Positions 28,848 through 37,747 of a DNA stretch of 64,000 nt are shown here, in pieces (within the stretch, counting starts at the first letter, position 1; each line of letters starts with the position of its first letter). Made by a program: the position numbers and the translations under genes. The stretch spans positions 64,964-128,963 of the forward strand of contig CAZQXB010000001.1 in assembly GCA_964597575.1 (NCBI GenBank), written 5' to 3'. The notes beneath the pieces were generated by a model. The model was not told where the DNA came from. It was given only the letters and a program-made list of their open reading frames with translations, and ran no database searches. Source of the DNA: an uncultured Gammaproteobacteria bacterium (lineage in GTDB: Bacteria > Patescibacteriota > Patescibacteriia > Magasanikbacterales > UBA922).

Positions 28848-30209
28848 ATGAGACGGATCTTTTATCCAGCCCTCCTTGCCCTCCTCCGTTTAGCCGTATA
28901 TATAAAACGGATGCTTTTGGCCTTTTCTGGGTTACTTCTTCAGGGGGTGCGGTTTTGTAAAAAAATATACCGACAAACAGTCGGTTTTCACGTCTATAAG
29001 GGCGGTCTTTTTATTTATAAACAGCTTGGGCGCCCATTTAGTGGTAATTTTGCAGAAATTATTGGGTCTCGCCGCACCCTTGAAGTACTTCTTTTGCTTA
29101 CAGCCACCCTTTTTACGATTCCAAAAAGCAACTTCATTCGCTACGACAGCACGGCTACTCCGGGGAAACAGACACTTCTCTTTACCTTAGCAGGGCCTGG
29201 TGACCAAGACTTTACTATGGAGGAGATTCGGGTAGATGTTACAGCTACGGCTGCACCTGATGAACGTTCTTGGCGCTTTAGCGGGGTGCGTTCAGAGCTT
29301 TCGGGGCGACTTCCAGGAGAAGAGAGCGAGAAAACCGGGCCGCATCGCGATGTACTTACTCGTGGCGGAGCAACGGCACTTCTCAAACAAACCATCATGC
29401 CTTGGGCTACTATTGAAAACAATACCCCAACGGCAAGGCGCACCATTGTCTATCATGAAGTTGTTCCAGGAGACGTCCTCGGAGCCATTGCTGCCAACTA
29501 CGGCCTTCAACTCGAAACAATTCTGGCGGCTAATAACCTCAATATTCGCTCTCCCATCCGACCAGGGGATAAATTAGCGATTCTGCCGGTTGACGGGGTA
29601 ACCTATACAATCAAAAAAGGAGATACGCTATCAAAAATTGCTCAAACCTACGACGCGAAAGTGGAAGACATTATTGCGTTTAATGCTTTACCGGAAGATG
29701 GCGGGGCGATTGCCCAGGGAGATTTCCTCATTCTCCCAGGCGGACGCTTACCGACATCAGCACGACCAACCGTAATTGTATCGCGACCAAGCACAGCGAA
29801 CCCTTCACGCGTTCAACCAGCATCTATTTCTGCTCCGGGATCAGGTGGATATATTTGGCCAACAAATGTTCGTCGTGTTACGCAGTACTACGGGTTACGC
29901 CATACTGGGGTTGATATTGCCGGACCAGTGGGTTCTCCGCTATACGCGGCTAAAGGAGGTAAGGTCATTCGCTCACAATGTGGTTGGAATGGCGGATACG
30001 GATGCCATGTTATTCTTGATCATGGCGGCGGTATTACCACACTCTACGGCCACGCTTCTCAACTCTTTGTTAAAGTCGGAGATACGGTTGAGCAAGGCGA
30101 AATTATTGCTTTCATGGGTTCGACAGGTCGTTCAACCGGCCCACATATTCATTTTGAAGTTCGATTAAGCGGGCGTAAAGCGAACCCGCTCCAGTATGTA
30201 ACTCGGTAA
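28848..30209 (+). CDS. LysM-repeat M23 peptidase
   Basis: Two LysM repeats, HTGVD, YGH, STGPHIHFEV. Confidence 0.92.
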   Translation: MRRIFYPALLALLRLAVYIKRMLLAFSGLLLQGVRFCKKIYRQTVGFHVYKGGLFIYKQLGRPFSGNFAEIIGSRRTLEVLLLLTATLFTIPKSNFIRYDSTATPGKQTLLFTLAGPGDQDFTMEEIRVDVTATAAPDERSWRFSGVRSELSGRLPGEESEKTGPHRDVLTRGGATALLKQTIMPWATIENNTPTARRTIVYHEVVPGDVLGAIAANYGLQLETILAANNLNIRSPIRPGDKLAILPVDGVTYTIKKGDTLSKIAQTYDAKVEDIIAFNALPEDGGAIAQGDFLILPGGRLPTSARPTVIVSRPSTANPSRVQPASISAPGSGGYIWPTNVRRVTQYYGLRHTGVDIAGPVGSPLYAAKGGKVIRSQCGWNGGYGCHVILDHGGGITTLYGHASQLFVKVGDTVEQGEIIAFMGSTGRSTGPHIHFEVRLSGRKANPLQYVTR

Positions 30210-30228
30210 AACAAAGTAGTACCCTTCT

Positions 30229-31764
30229 TTAGAAGGAATTTTCCTCGGCCAAACGATATTGAAGTGCTTCAGCAACATGCGAAACTGAAATTTTTTCAGC
30301 GCGAGAAAGATCTGCAATGGTTCTTGCTACTTTTATCACCCGTTCATAAGAACGGGCCGAGAGTTTGAGCCGCATGACTGCGGATTGAAGTAGAGTCATG
30401 GTCGAATCATCAAGTGGGCAAAATTGTTTTAACTCCCGACCTCGCATTTCAGCGTTACACACGAAAGACGTCCCCTCAAAACGTTCGAGCTGACGAAGAC
30501 GAGCTTGCACCACACGTTCCCGAACTGATTCTGACGATTCTTCTTCTGCAGCATCAAGCATAGCAAATGTGGTTCGAGGCATTTCGACATGCAAATCAAT
30601 CCGATCAAACAATGGGCCGCTAATTTTTTTCTGATACCGAAGCAATTGCCCGGGCGGACACAAACACCGACGCTCTTTATCTCCTAAAAATCCACAAGGG
30701 CAAGGATTTCTACTTGCCACAAACATAAATCGTGCCGGGTAACTTGCCGTACCTTCAGCCCGTGAGACGGTGACAGCTCCATCTTCAAGCGGTTGACGAA
30801 GCATTTCAATAACGCTTCGAGGAAATTCTGGAAGCTCATCGAGAAACAGCACACCTCGATGAGCAAGTGATACCTCGCCGGGTTTAGGAATTTTTCCACC
30901 ACCCACCAGTGCGATGCCGCTCGTACTATGGTGAGGCGAACGAAACGGACGCGCAGTGATGAGTGGGTTGTCGGGAGTAAGAAGCCCTGCAACCGAATAT
31001 ATTTTCGTTACCTGGAGCACCTCAGCTGGTGAAAGGGGTGGTAAAATAGAGGGAATGGTACGAGCCAGTAATGTTTTTCCGGAACCAGGGGGACCCGAAA
31101 GAAAAAGGTTGTGGCCACCAGCGGCAGCAATTTCTGCAGCTCGCTTCGCCACTGCCTGCCCTTTAATATGCATCATGTCGTTTGCATAGTTTTCCTTTTT
31201 TTCTTCTGAAAAAAGCGGCGTGGGAAGAAGGGGTGGGCACAGCGTTTTTCCAAGCACATGGGAAATAAGCTCTGACAGAGAATGAACGGGATAGAGCGTG
31301 ATATCTTCAATAAAAGAAACCTCGGCACGGTTGGCAGCAGGAAAGAAAAAGTGTTGAACGCCTCTTGCACGAGCATCTACGACCATAGGAAGAATTCCGG
31401 TTACCCCTCTCGTGCTTCCATCGAGTGCGAGTTCCCCAACAACCCACGTACGCGACAAATCAATTGTGGTCAGATCAATTTTTTCTGCGGCCAAAAACAT
31501 CCCGAGGGCAATCGGAAGGTCGTACCCGGTGCCGACTTTAGGCAAATCGGCTGGCGCTAAGTTCACTACCACTCGCTGGTTATTCGGAAATTCTAAATTG
31601 GTATTCTTCCATGCGGTGCGAATACGCTCTTTTGCTTCTTGTATAGACGTGTCGGGCAATCCAACCACCTGAAAGGCTGGCCACGAACCAGAAACATCAA
31701 CCTCAATCGTAATAGGAACGGCCTCAAGACCAAGAAGTGCTCCGGTCGTAAGACGAACAAACAT
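30229..31764 (-). CDS. comM: YifB/ComM Mg-chelatase-like AAA+ ATPase
   Basis: VGLPD, NLAPAD, GPPGSGKT, FRSPHH, LDELPEF, NPCPCG. Confidence 0.92.
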   Translation of the reverse strand: MFVRLTTGALLGLEAVPITIEVDVSGSWPAFQVVGLPDTSIQEAKERIRTAWKNTNLEFPNNQRVVVNLAPADLPKVGTGYDLPIALGMFLAAEKIDLTTIDLSRTWVVGELALDGSTRGVTGILPMVVDARARGVQHFFFPAANRAEVSFIEDITLYPVHSLSELISHVLGKTLCPPLLPTPLFSEEKKENYANDMMHIKGQAVAKRAAEIAAAGGHNLFLSGPPGSGKTLLARTIPSILPPLSPAEVLQVTKIYSVAGLLTPDNPLITARPFRSPHHSTSGIALVGGGKIPKPGEVSLAHRGVLFLDELPEFPRSVIEMLRQPLEDGAVTVSRAEGTASYPARFMFVASRNPCPCGFLGDKERRCLCPPGQLLRYQKKISGPLFDRIDLHVEMPRTTFAMLDAAEEESSESVRERVVQARLRQLERFEGTSFVCNAEMRGRELKQFCPLDDSTMTLLQSAVMRLKLSARSYERVIKVARTIADLSRAEKISVSHVAEALQYRLAEENSF

Positions 31765-31798
31765 ACTCCTTCCCTCCAAGAATAATATGTTTAGTATA

Positions 31799-32248
31799 TC
31801 ACACGGGTAACGGGCGAGATTTCTTCATCAAAAGAAGGATGCCGATGACTACTGCGATGTCGGCTAAGTTAATTACTCCGGTTAGTATGCGAATATAGTC
31901 AATGGTATACCCAAAGAGAACTCGGTCAACATAATTCGAGACTGCACCGGCGATAAAAAGGCTTGCTCCAAAGCAGGCGTACACTGTTTTCTCCATGTAT
32001 CCAAACCAAATAACAAAGAGAAGAAGAATAAGCGGCGTTAGCCCGATAACAATACTATTTGGTAAAGGCAAGCTAAAGGCAATACCGGCATTTTCAAAAT
32101 ACTCGAGACCAAAGTAGTGCGAACCAAAATAATATGGAGTAGCTAAACTGGTTCGTGCGAACCATTTACATAATTGATCCGCAAAAATAATCACCCCTCC
32201 AAGGAGAGAAGGGGTGATTAGGGGGTGGAAAAACGTACGCATACGCAT
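31799..32248 (-). CDS. lspA: Lipoprotein signal peptidase II
   Basis: DQLCK, NAGIAF, GAVSNYVDR, IDY, NLAD. Confidence 0.88.
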   Translation of the reverse strand: MRMRTFFHPLITPSLLGGVIIFADQLCKWFARTSLATPYYFGSHYFGLEYFENAGIAFSLPLPNSIVIGLTPLILLLFVIWFGYMEKTVYACFGASLFIAGAVSNYVDRVLFGYTIDYIRILTGVINLADIAVVIGILLLMKKSRPLPV

Positions 32249-32256
32249 TCCGATTT

Positions 32257-32637
32257 TTACGCTTCGTCCGTTAACGTTTTCTTGCAGGTAATACAGGAAC
32301 TTGAAGTGGGGCGAGCACGCAAACGGTCTTCTTCAATAAGCGCATCGCAGTATTTGCAAATACCGTAGAGACCTTCTTCAACACGTTCCAGAGCTTTATG
32401 AACATCGCGAAGTTCCTTTTCAAGAGCAGTCTTCAAAGACAACTGAACAGAACTTGTGGTTAAACTGTCCACCAAGTCTTCTTCGGTTTCATCACCAACA
32501 TTCGCATGCTCGTTTCCATTTTTCGCTATCGACAACAAATTACCTTCAAGTCGCTCGAGCTCCTTATGGAGGCCGCCTGTCATTTCTTCAACAAAAGGGT
32601 CGGCGTGAGCCGCTTTTTTCGTAAATGCTTTAGCCAT
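32257..32637 (-). CDS. TraR/DksA C4-type zinc finger protein
   Basis: ALERVEEGLYGICKYC...RLRARP...CITC. Confidence 0.88.
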   Translation of the reverse strand: MAKAFTKKAAHADPFVEEMTGGLHKELERLEGNLLSIAKNGNEHANVGDETEEDLVDSLTTSSVQLSLKTALEKELRDVHKALERVEEGLYGICKYCDALIEEDRLRARPTSSSCITCKKTLTDEA

Positions 32638-32645
32638 AAAAAAAA

Positions 32646-32888
32646 TTAGCTGAGTGTTTCGAGTTCTAAGTTGATTGATTCCAGTCGGTCGATAAGCACT
32701 TGTACGACACCCACATCAACTTCGGTTTCTGCAACCTCGTGAGCATTATCATCAAGTTCGTTCCCTTGATCAACAAATACAGCAGCTACCATACCACGCA
32801 CTTGAGGGTCTGCTTTCGCATGACTCTTCAATTCTTCAATAATAGTTGCTTTCTCTTGAAGCAGGGCTTGCATGTGTTCGTCGGTCAT
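32646..32888 (-). CDS. DksA-like coiled-coil protein lacking zinc finger
   Basis: DQGNELDDNAHEV...RLESIN resembles DksA coiled-coil tip region. Confidence 0.55.
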   Translation of the reverse strand: MTDEHMQALLQEKATIIEELKSHAKADPQVRGMVAAVFVDQGNELDDNAHEVAETEVDVGVVQVLIDRLESINLELETLS

Positions 32889-32949
32889 ACGGGGTCAGAG
32901 TTTGAATAAACCACCTTAATGGTATACCAAAAATAAAAATTTTCGTCAA

Positions 32950-33344
32950 AAAAACGAAAAGCGGCGTGCCGAAGCCCATAGATAATAATATATGGCTGGC
33001 ACGCCGCAAACATCCTCGTGGCCATGCCTTCAGCACTCTTTTGCCATTGCTATAGCAAGACAGTGCCGAAGACTTGAGTCCAAGAAGGACGGTAGTACCC
33101 CTACCACCGCGAATGTGGTTGATGCTCCCGACAACACTCTGCCGAAGCAGGGGATGTTGCATAGGTGGAAGCGCACCGGGCTAAGTCCGTTTTTTGTTTG
33201 TTTATTTGAGTTTCATACGCCTGATGAGCTAAGAAGCTTCGAATCAAGCAAAGAATGGACTTGGCCGAACCGCAGTAGATGGGGATAGAGTTGCCTTACA
33301 CAACGAGGTGTAGGGCAGTTCTAAAGTGACTTTTTAATGATCAC
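32950..33344 (-). ncRNA. Putative ~390-nt structured non-coding RNA, family unknown
   Basis: TTGACA-N17-TATACT promoter (33379-33351), nested helices, GC stem plus U-tract terminator (33007-32948), no convincing ORF. Confidence 0.65.
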
Positions 33345-33430
33345 AAATACAGTATAGCACAAAAAACGAGTTTTGTCAAGTTTCTGGCTTTGTACAGGTA
33401 AGAATAGGCATTTTTGGCTTAAATTAGTAT

Positions 33431-33650
33431 TTGTATACACTAGTGTATACAATAGAGTTTCAAAAAGATATCCCCAAAGAGAACAAATGTTCCACAGTAT
33501 TGTCCCCAGAAAATTATGAATCGCAATGCGAAGAGGCTTTTGCTCTTTCTCTTTTTCATAGAACTTTAAAATGCTCGTGCCTTCGATTCTATCCCCATAT
33601 TCACAAAGTTATACACATACTTATACACATGTATAGAATAGTGTATACAA
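33431..33650. promoter_or_regulatory. 22-bp palindromes plus DnaA-box-like cluster
   Basis: TTGTATACACTAGTGTATACAA, TTATACACA x2, CTATCCCCA, ATATCCCCA. Confidence 0.55.
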
Positions 33651-33836
33651 ATAATTTTTTTTAAACATCCAGAGGATTGGACCGGTGTATTTATTAGGGG
33701 GGGTTGGTGTAGGTATGCAGCCGGGGCATACCCCTCCTTGACTTTTTTAGCAAAATCCTCTATACTCATTCCCATCTATCCACTGTCGCCTGCTCAAAAA
33801 ACAAAATTGCGCAGTGGAAAGAGGGGGAAAGTCTAA

Positions 33837-34055
33837 ATGCAGAATCCGAAGGGCCCACCCAAGAGCATGGCACGGTACGCTGGTCCGGTCTCCCCGGCAA
33901 TGCGGCGTCGCCGCGAGAACCGCGACGATCGGCGGCAGTCTCGGGGGCAGCTCGCGCCCCTGATCGGACGTCCGAGCTTCGTGGCCGAAGAGGCCTTCGG
34001 CCACTACGACCGGAACTCGTACAAAAACGGGGTCATCCGGGAGGACAGCAACTAG
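33837..34055 (+). CDS. Small Arg-rich hypothetical protein
   Basis: Own TTGACT-N17-TATACT promoter (33738-33766), SD GAGGGGG, long terminator hairpin after stop; GC-rich. Confidence 0.55.
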   Translation: MQNPKGPPKSMARYAGPVSPAMRRRRENRDDRRQSRGQLAPLIGRPSFVAEEAFGHYDRNSYKNGVIREDSN

Positions 34056-34199
34056 GGGTCATCTGGCCCTCGTAAGGCCGGTGGGCGGTGCGCATACGTA
34101 CGTTTAGGGCGACGAACGTGTGTGCACTGCCTGCCGGACCTTTTTTAATTTCTTAAACTTTTGTATACTGTTTCTATTCATAGCTTTAAGGAGGGAGTT

Positions 34200-37100
34200 A
34201 TGCATACACAAAAACGAAAAGTTTTCTTTTTTTCGACGCTTTTCTTTGGCGTTTTTCTTTTTTATAAGACTGGGATTGCCTTTGCCCAAGTGGTCATAAG
34301 TGAAATCGGAGCATATGGAGGAACAAATGAAGAGTGGGTTGAGATCGCTAATATTGGCACTGAACCAATCGACCTTACGGGGTATCGCTTTTGGGAAAGC
34401 ACAGGGCTCGAGGGGAACAATCACACGCTAAGCACGACGACTAATTCAAATTTTATTCTTCTACCGAACACCTACGCGGTCATTGTTCAGCAAGAAGAAG
34501 GATTTCGCCGAACACACCCAAATTTCTTAGGCCAAATTTTTGATAGTAGTTGGGGAAGTCTGAACGAAGGCGGGGAAGAGATTGGATTAAAAGACGCAAC
34601 AGGCGCATTCGTGGAGCGGTTCACCTATGTAAGTGCCCCGAACCGGAGCTTAGAGCGCGACACTCTTTCTTTGGCCAACTATACAGGAACAAACTGGCAC
34701 GAACACGCAAGCGGCGACACCGCCGGGCAACAAAATAGTGAACGATCCGAAACATCTGAGGAGGGAAATCCGGCATCAGAAACACCTGCAGAAAACGAAA
34801 CAGTCCCAACTACTACCTCTGGAGGAGCGCCCGCCCCTGAACTTCTTCTCAGTGAGTTTCTCTCGAACCCGAATACCGGAGAAAGTGAGTGGATAGAAAT
34901 TGAAAATGTGGGAAGCGCAGCGGTCGACCTTTCGCGTATTCGCTTAAAAGATGGCGGAAGTACAATCGCGGTTAGCACAACCACACTCGAAGCACACGCA
35001 TTTTTTGTCTTTACGATTTCAGGAAGCCGTTTGAATAATGATGGCGATATTATAATTCTTGAAACAACGGATGGCACACCTATTCAAACCATTGCGTATG
35101 GCACATGGGATGACGGCGATAGGGCAAATAACGTTTCAGCACCGGCTCGCGGGCAAACACTCTCGTATCGTAATACGGTGTGGCAAGAAACTCTCCCTAC
35201 TCGAGGAGAAAGAAATAGTGAGACGGCTCTCACGCCTCGAGCAGAGGAAACACCCGCACCTGCGCCGACTCCATCGGCTATAAATTCCAATACGGGTACA
35301 CCACCCCCAATAAGTGCACGGGCAGGCGATATTGTTATTTCAGAATTTGTCTCTGACCCCACAGATGGGGAAGTCGAATTTATTGAACTGCAAAACCGCT
35401 CCAGCCAAACCATTGATATTACGGGTTGGTATATTGAAGAAGGAAGTAGAGCAAAAACAACATTGACCGGAAGTATTCGGCCCATGCAATTTTTCGTTAT
35501 TGAAAAACCCAAAGGGGGCCTAAACAATAGCGGCGACAGCATCACCCTCTTCACAAAAAACATACAGGAAATTGACCGGGTCGTTTACGGAGTGTGGAGC
35601 GACGGAAACACAAGCGATAATGCCGACACACCGACCGACCCAACAAGTGCCGCAAGAATTGACGGACGGGATACTGGCTACGATAAAGATGATTTCCGTA
35701 CAACGTCGCTTATCACCAAAGGGACTCAAAATCGCTTTCCTGATCAGTCAGCCGTGGCAAACACGAATCTACCTACACCAGGGGCGAGTGGAATAGTAAT
35801 AAATGAACTGTACCCAAACCCACCTGGCGCAGATGAAGAAGAATTTATTGAACTCTACCACAGCGGAAAAACGCATGTCCGTTTAGAAGGTTGGGGACTC
35901 CGCGACGAATCTCTCCGTATATTTCCTTTCCTAGATACTGTTTTCTATCCGGGTAAGTATCTTCTTTTACCAAAAAAAGTAACTGGTATTAGCTTGAATA
36001 ACACTTCAGATTCACTGGAGTTGCTTGATCCGCAAAAACGAGTCGTTGAACGTGTCAGCTACACGCATGTTCCAGAAGGAGAAAGCTACGTACGAAACGC
36101 AAGCAATGCATTTGTGTGGACCACGACCATCACTCCGGAAAAAGAAAATATCCTCACTCAAAAAAATCGCCCGCCTGAAATTTCCGTAGAAATTCCTGAA
36201 GATATATTAGTTGAAAAAACTTATTTCTTTGATGCGAGTGATACGAGTGACCCAGAACATGACCCACTTTCATATGTATGGAAATTTCCAAACAAAGAAA
36301 GTGCCACGACAGTAACAACCACATATACATTTACCAAAACGGGCACAAGCACGGTCACATTACTCGTAAAGGATAATCGCGGGAATGAAGCCAAACAATC
36401 TTTTTCTTTCTTCGTTCAAGCACAAGTTTCTGAAGGGGAAGAAAAAACTTCTGAAACAGAAACGAGTACGCATACAGAAACCCCACGAATTATTCTGAGC
36501 GAACTTGCTCCCAACCCAGAAGGAAGTGATGAGGCGGAATTCATTGAACTCTATAATGAAGAAGAACAGGCAGCGGATATTTCTGGCTGGACCGTCACCG
36601 ATGGATCAGGAAAGAAATACCGCATTCCTGATCAAACCATAGTATTGCCCGAGCAATACTTTCTACTTCAAAGAAAAGACACGTCTATTGCTTTAAATAA
36701 TAGTAACGACACCATTACACTAAAAAATGCAGCCGAAAAAACGATTGATACCGTACACTATAGTGGGAGTAAAGAAGGTCTGGTATATATTCGCACGGAA
36801 AAAGGAGCGTGGGTGTGGTCGGGCACTGCGACACCGGGAAAACAAAATATATTTGTGCAAAAAAATTCTTTTGTTTCTGCAGGGGTGGGGCAATTTCGAT
36901 CTTTTACCGAAGCAAAGGAGCTCGCCAAAGGTTCTGCGGTTACAGTCACCGGTATCGCCATAGTACTTCCAAACACCTGGAGCACCCAGATGTTTACCAT
37001 TATCGAAAAAGATACGGGGCAGACCATGCCGATCTTTCTCTCGAATAAACAGTTTCCGCCACTCGCCCTGGGCGACCTGGTTACTGTTTCTGGAGTCATG

Positions 37101-37637
37101 TCTGAAGCGCAGGGGGTAAAACGAGTAAATGCTAAAAATAAAATGAGTATCGCGGCAAAGAAACGGAATGAACGTATTCAACCAAAAGAAATTTCTCTAG
37201 CAGATGTGGGCGAACTTGATCAGATTTTCGTAACCGTGACTGGCACAGTTACTGACGTAAGCACTAAAGGGTTCTACCTCGAAAATGAAGGTGAAGTGTT
37301 TGTGAAATTTCGCGGAGAGCTTATGAAGGATCCACCAGACGTGGCAGTTGGTGACAGGGGAAAAATAACAGGTATTGTAAGCATCATTGAAGATGAAGCG
37401 ACACTCACGCCACGGACAAAAACAGATATTCAAATACTTGGCGAAGCATCGGAGAAATTATCTGAAGCTGTTTTAGAAGAAACGCCTGATGTCGACCCTA
37501 AAAAAATGGCAACTGGGGCGGGTGTAATGACATTCCTCGCAGCAGCTTTTGGCCGGGCGAGAATGGTCATGGTGCTCGGGAGCATGAAACGAACAGCGAC
37601 TCGGGTTATACTCCGCAAAAAACCACCTCTCGGCTAA
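34200..37637 (+). CDS. Large surface protein: 5 lamin-tail domains, PKD, OB-folds, C-terminal anchor
   Basis: Signal peptide; repeated I.ISE...NP...EFIEL.N...D..GW...LNN..D; FDASDTSDP..DPLSYVW. Confidence 0.85.
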   Translation: MHTQKRKVFFFSTLFFGVFLFYKTGIAFAQVVISEIGAYGGTNEEWVEIANIGTEPIDLTGYRFWESTGLEGNNHTLSTTTNSNFILLPNTYAVIVQQEEGFRRTHPNFLGQIFDSSWGSLNEGGEEIGLKDATGAFVERFTYVSAPNRSLERDTLSLANYTGTNWHEHASGDTAGQQNSERSETSEEGNPASETPAENETVPTTTSGGAPAPELLLSEFLSNPNTGESEWIEIENVGSAAVDLSRIRLKDGGSTIAVSTTTLEAHAFFVFTISGSRLNNDGDIIILETTDGTPIQTIAYGTWDDGDRANNVSAPARGQTLSYRNTVWQETLPTRGERNSETALTPRAEETPAPAPTPSAINSNTGTPPPISARAGDIVISEFVSDPTDGEVEFIELQNRSSQTIDITGWYIEEGSRAKTTLTGSIRPMQFFVIEKPKGGLNNSGDSITLFTKNIQEIDRVVYGVWSDGNTSDNADTPTDPTSAARIDGRDTGYDKDDFRTTSLITKGTQNRFPDQSAVANTNLPTPGASGIVINELYPNPPGADEEEFIELYHSGKTHVRLEGWGLRDESLRIFPFLDTVFYPGKYLLLPKKVTGISLNNTSDSLELLDPQKRVVERVSYTHVPEGESYVRNASNAFVWTTTITPEKENILTQKNRPPEISVEIPEDILVEKTYFFDASDTSDPEHDPLSYVWKFPNKESATTVTTTYTFTKTGTSTVTLLVKDNRGNEAKQSFSFFVQAQVSEGEEKTSETETSTHTETPRIILSELAPNPEGSDEAEFIELYNEEEQAADISGWTVTDGSGKKYRIPDQTIVLPEQYFLLQRKDTSIALNNSNDTITLKNAAEKTIDTVHYSGSKEGLVYIRTEKGAWVWSGTATPGKQNIFVQKNSFVSAGVGQFRSFTEAKELAKGSAVTVTGIAIVLPNTWSTQMFTIIEKDTGQTMPIFLSNKQFPPLALGDLVTVSGVMSEAQGVKRVNAKNKMSIAAKKRNERIQPKEISLADVGELDQIFVTVTGTVTDVSTKGFYLENEGEVFVKFRGELMKDPPDVAVGDRGKITGIVSIIEDEATLTPRTKTDIQILGEASEKLSEAVLEETPDVDPKKMATGAGVMTFLAAAFGRARMVMVLGSMKRTATRVILRKKPPLG

Positions 37638-37747
37638 AGGAGCCGGATGGATAGAATCCATGTACATACTTGATTTTTTTTGTTTTTTGTAGTATCCTCT
37701 TCATGTTAACAGACCTGGGTGGTCTGTTACGCAGAGAGGACAGAACA

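Noticed and set aside
33215-33250. CTGATGAG...GAA hammerhead-like core on + strand
   Set aside because: Stem II is followed by TTCGAAT rather than GAAA, no stem I/III closure was found, and the promoter is on the opposite strand.
33170-33270. RNase P RNA (AAGTCC / ACAAAAAACGGACTTA on minus strand)
   Set aside because: The strands are only ~65 nt apart, lack the bulged-U P4 geometry and GAGGAAAGUCC, and there is no enclosing P1.
33820-34040. RNase P RNA suggested by GGGGAAAGTCT
   Set aside because: No complementary 3' P4 strand; better explained as an SD before the ORF.
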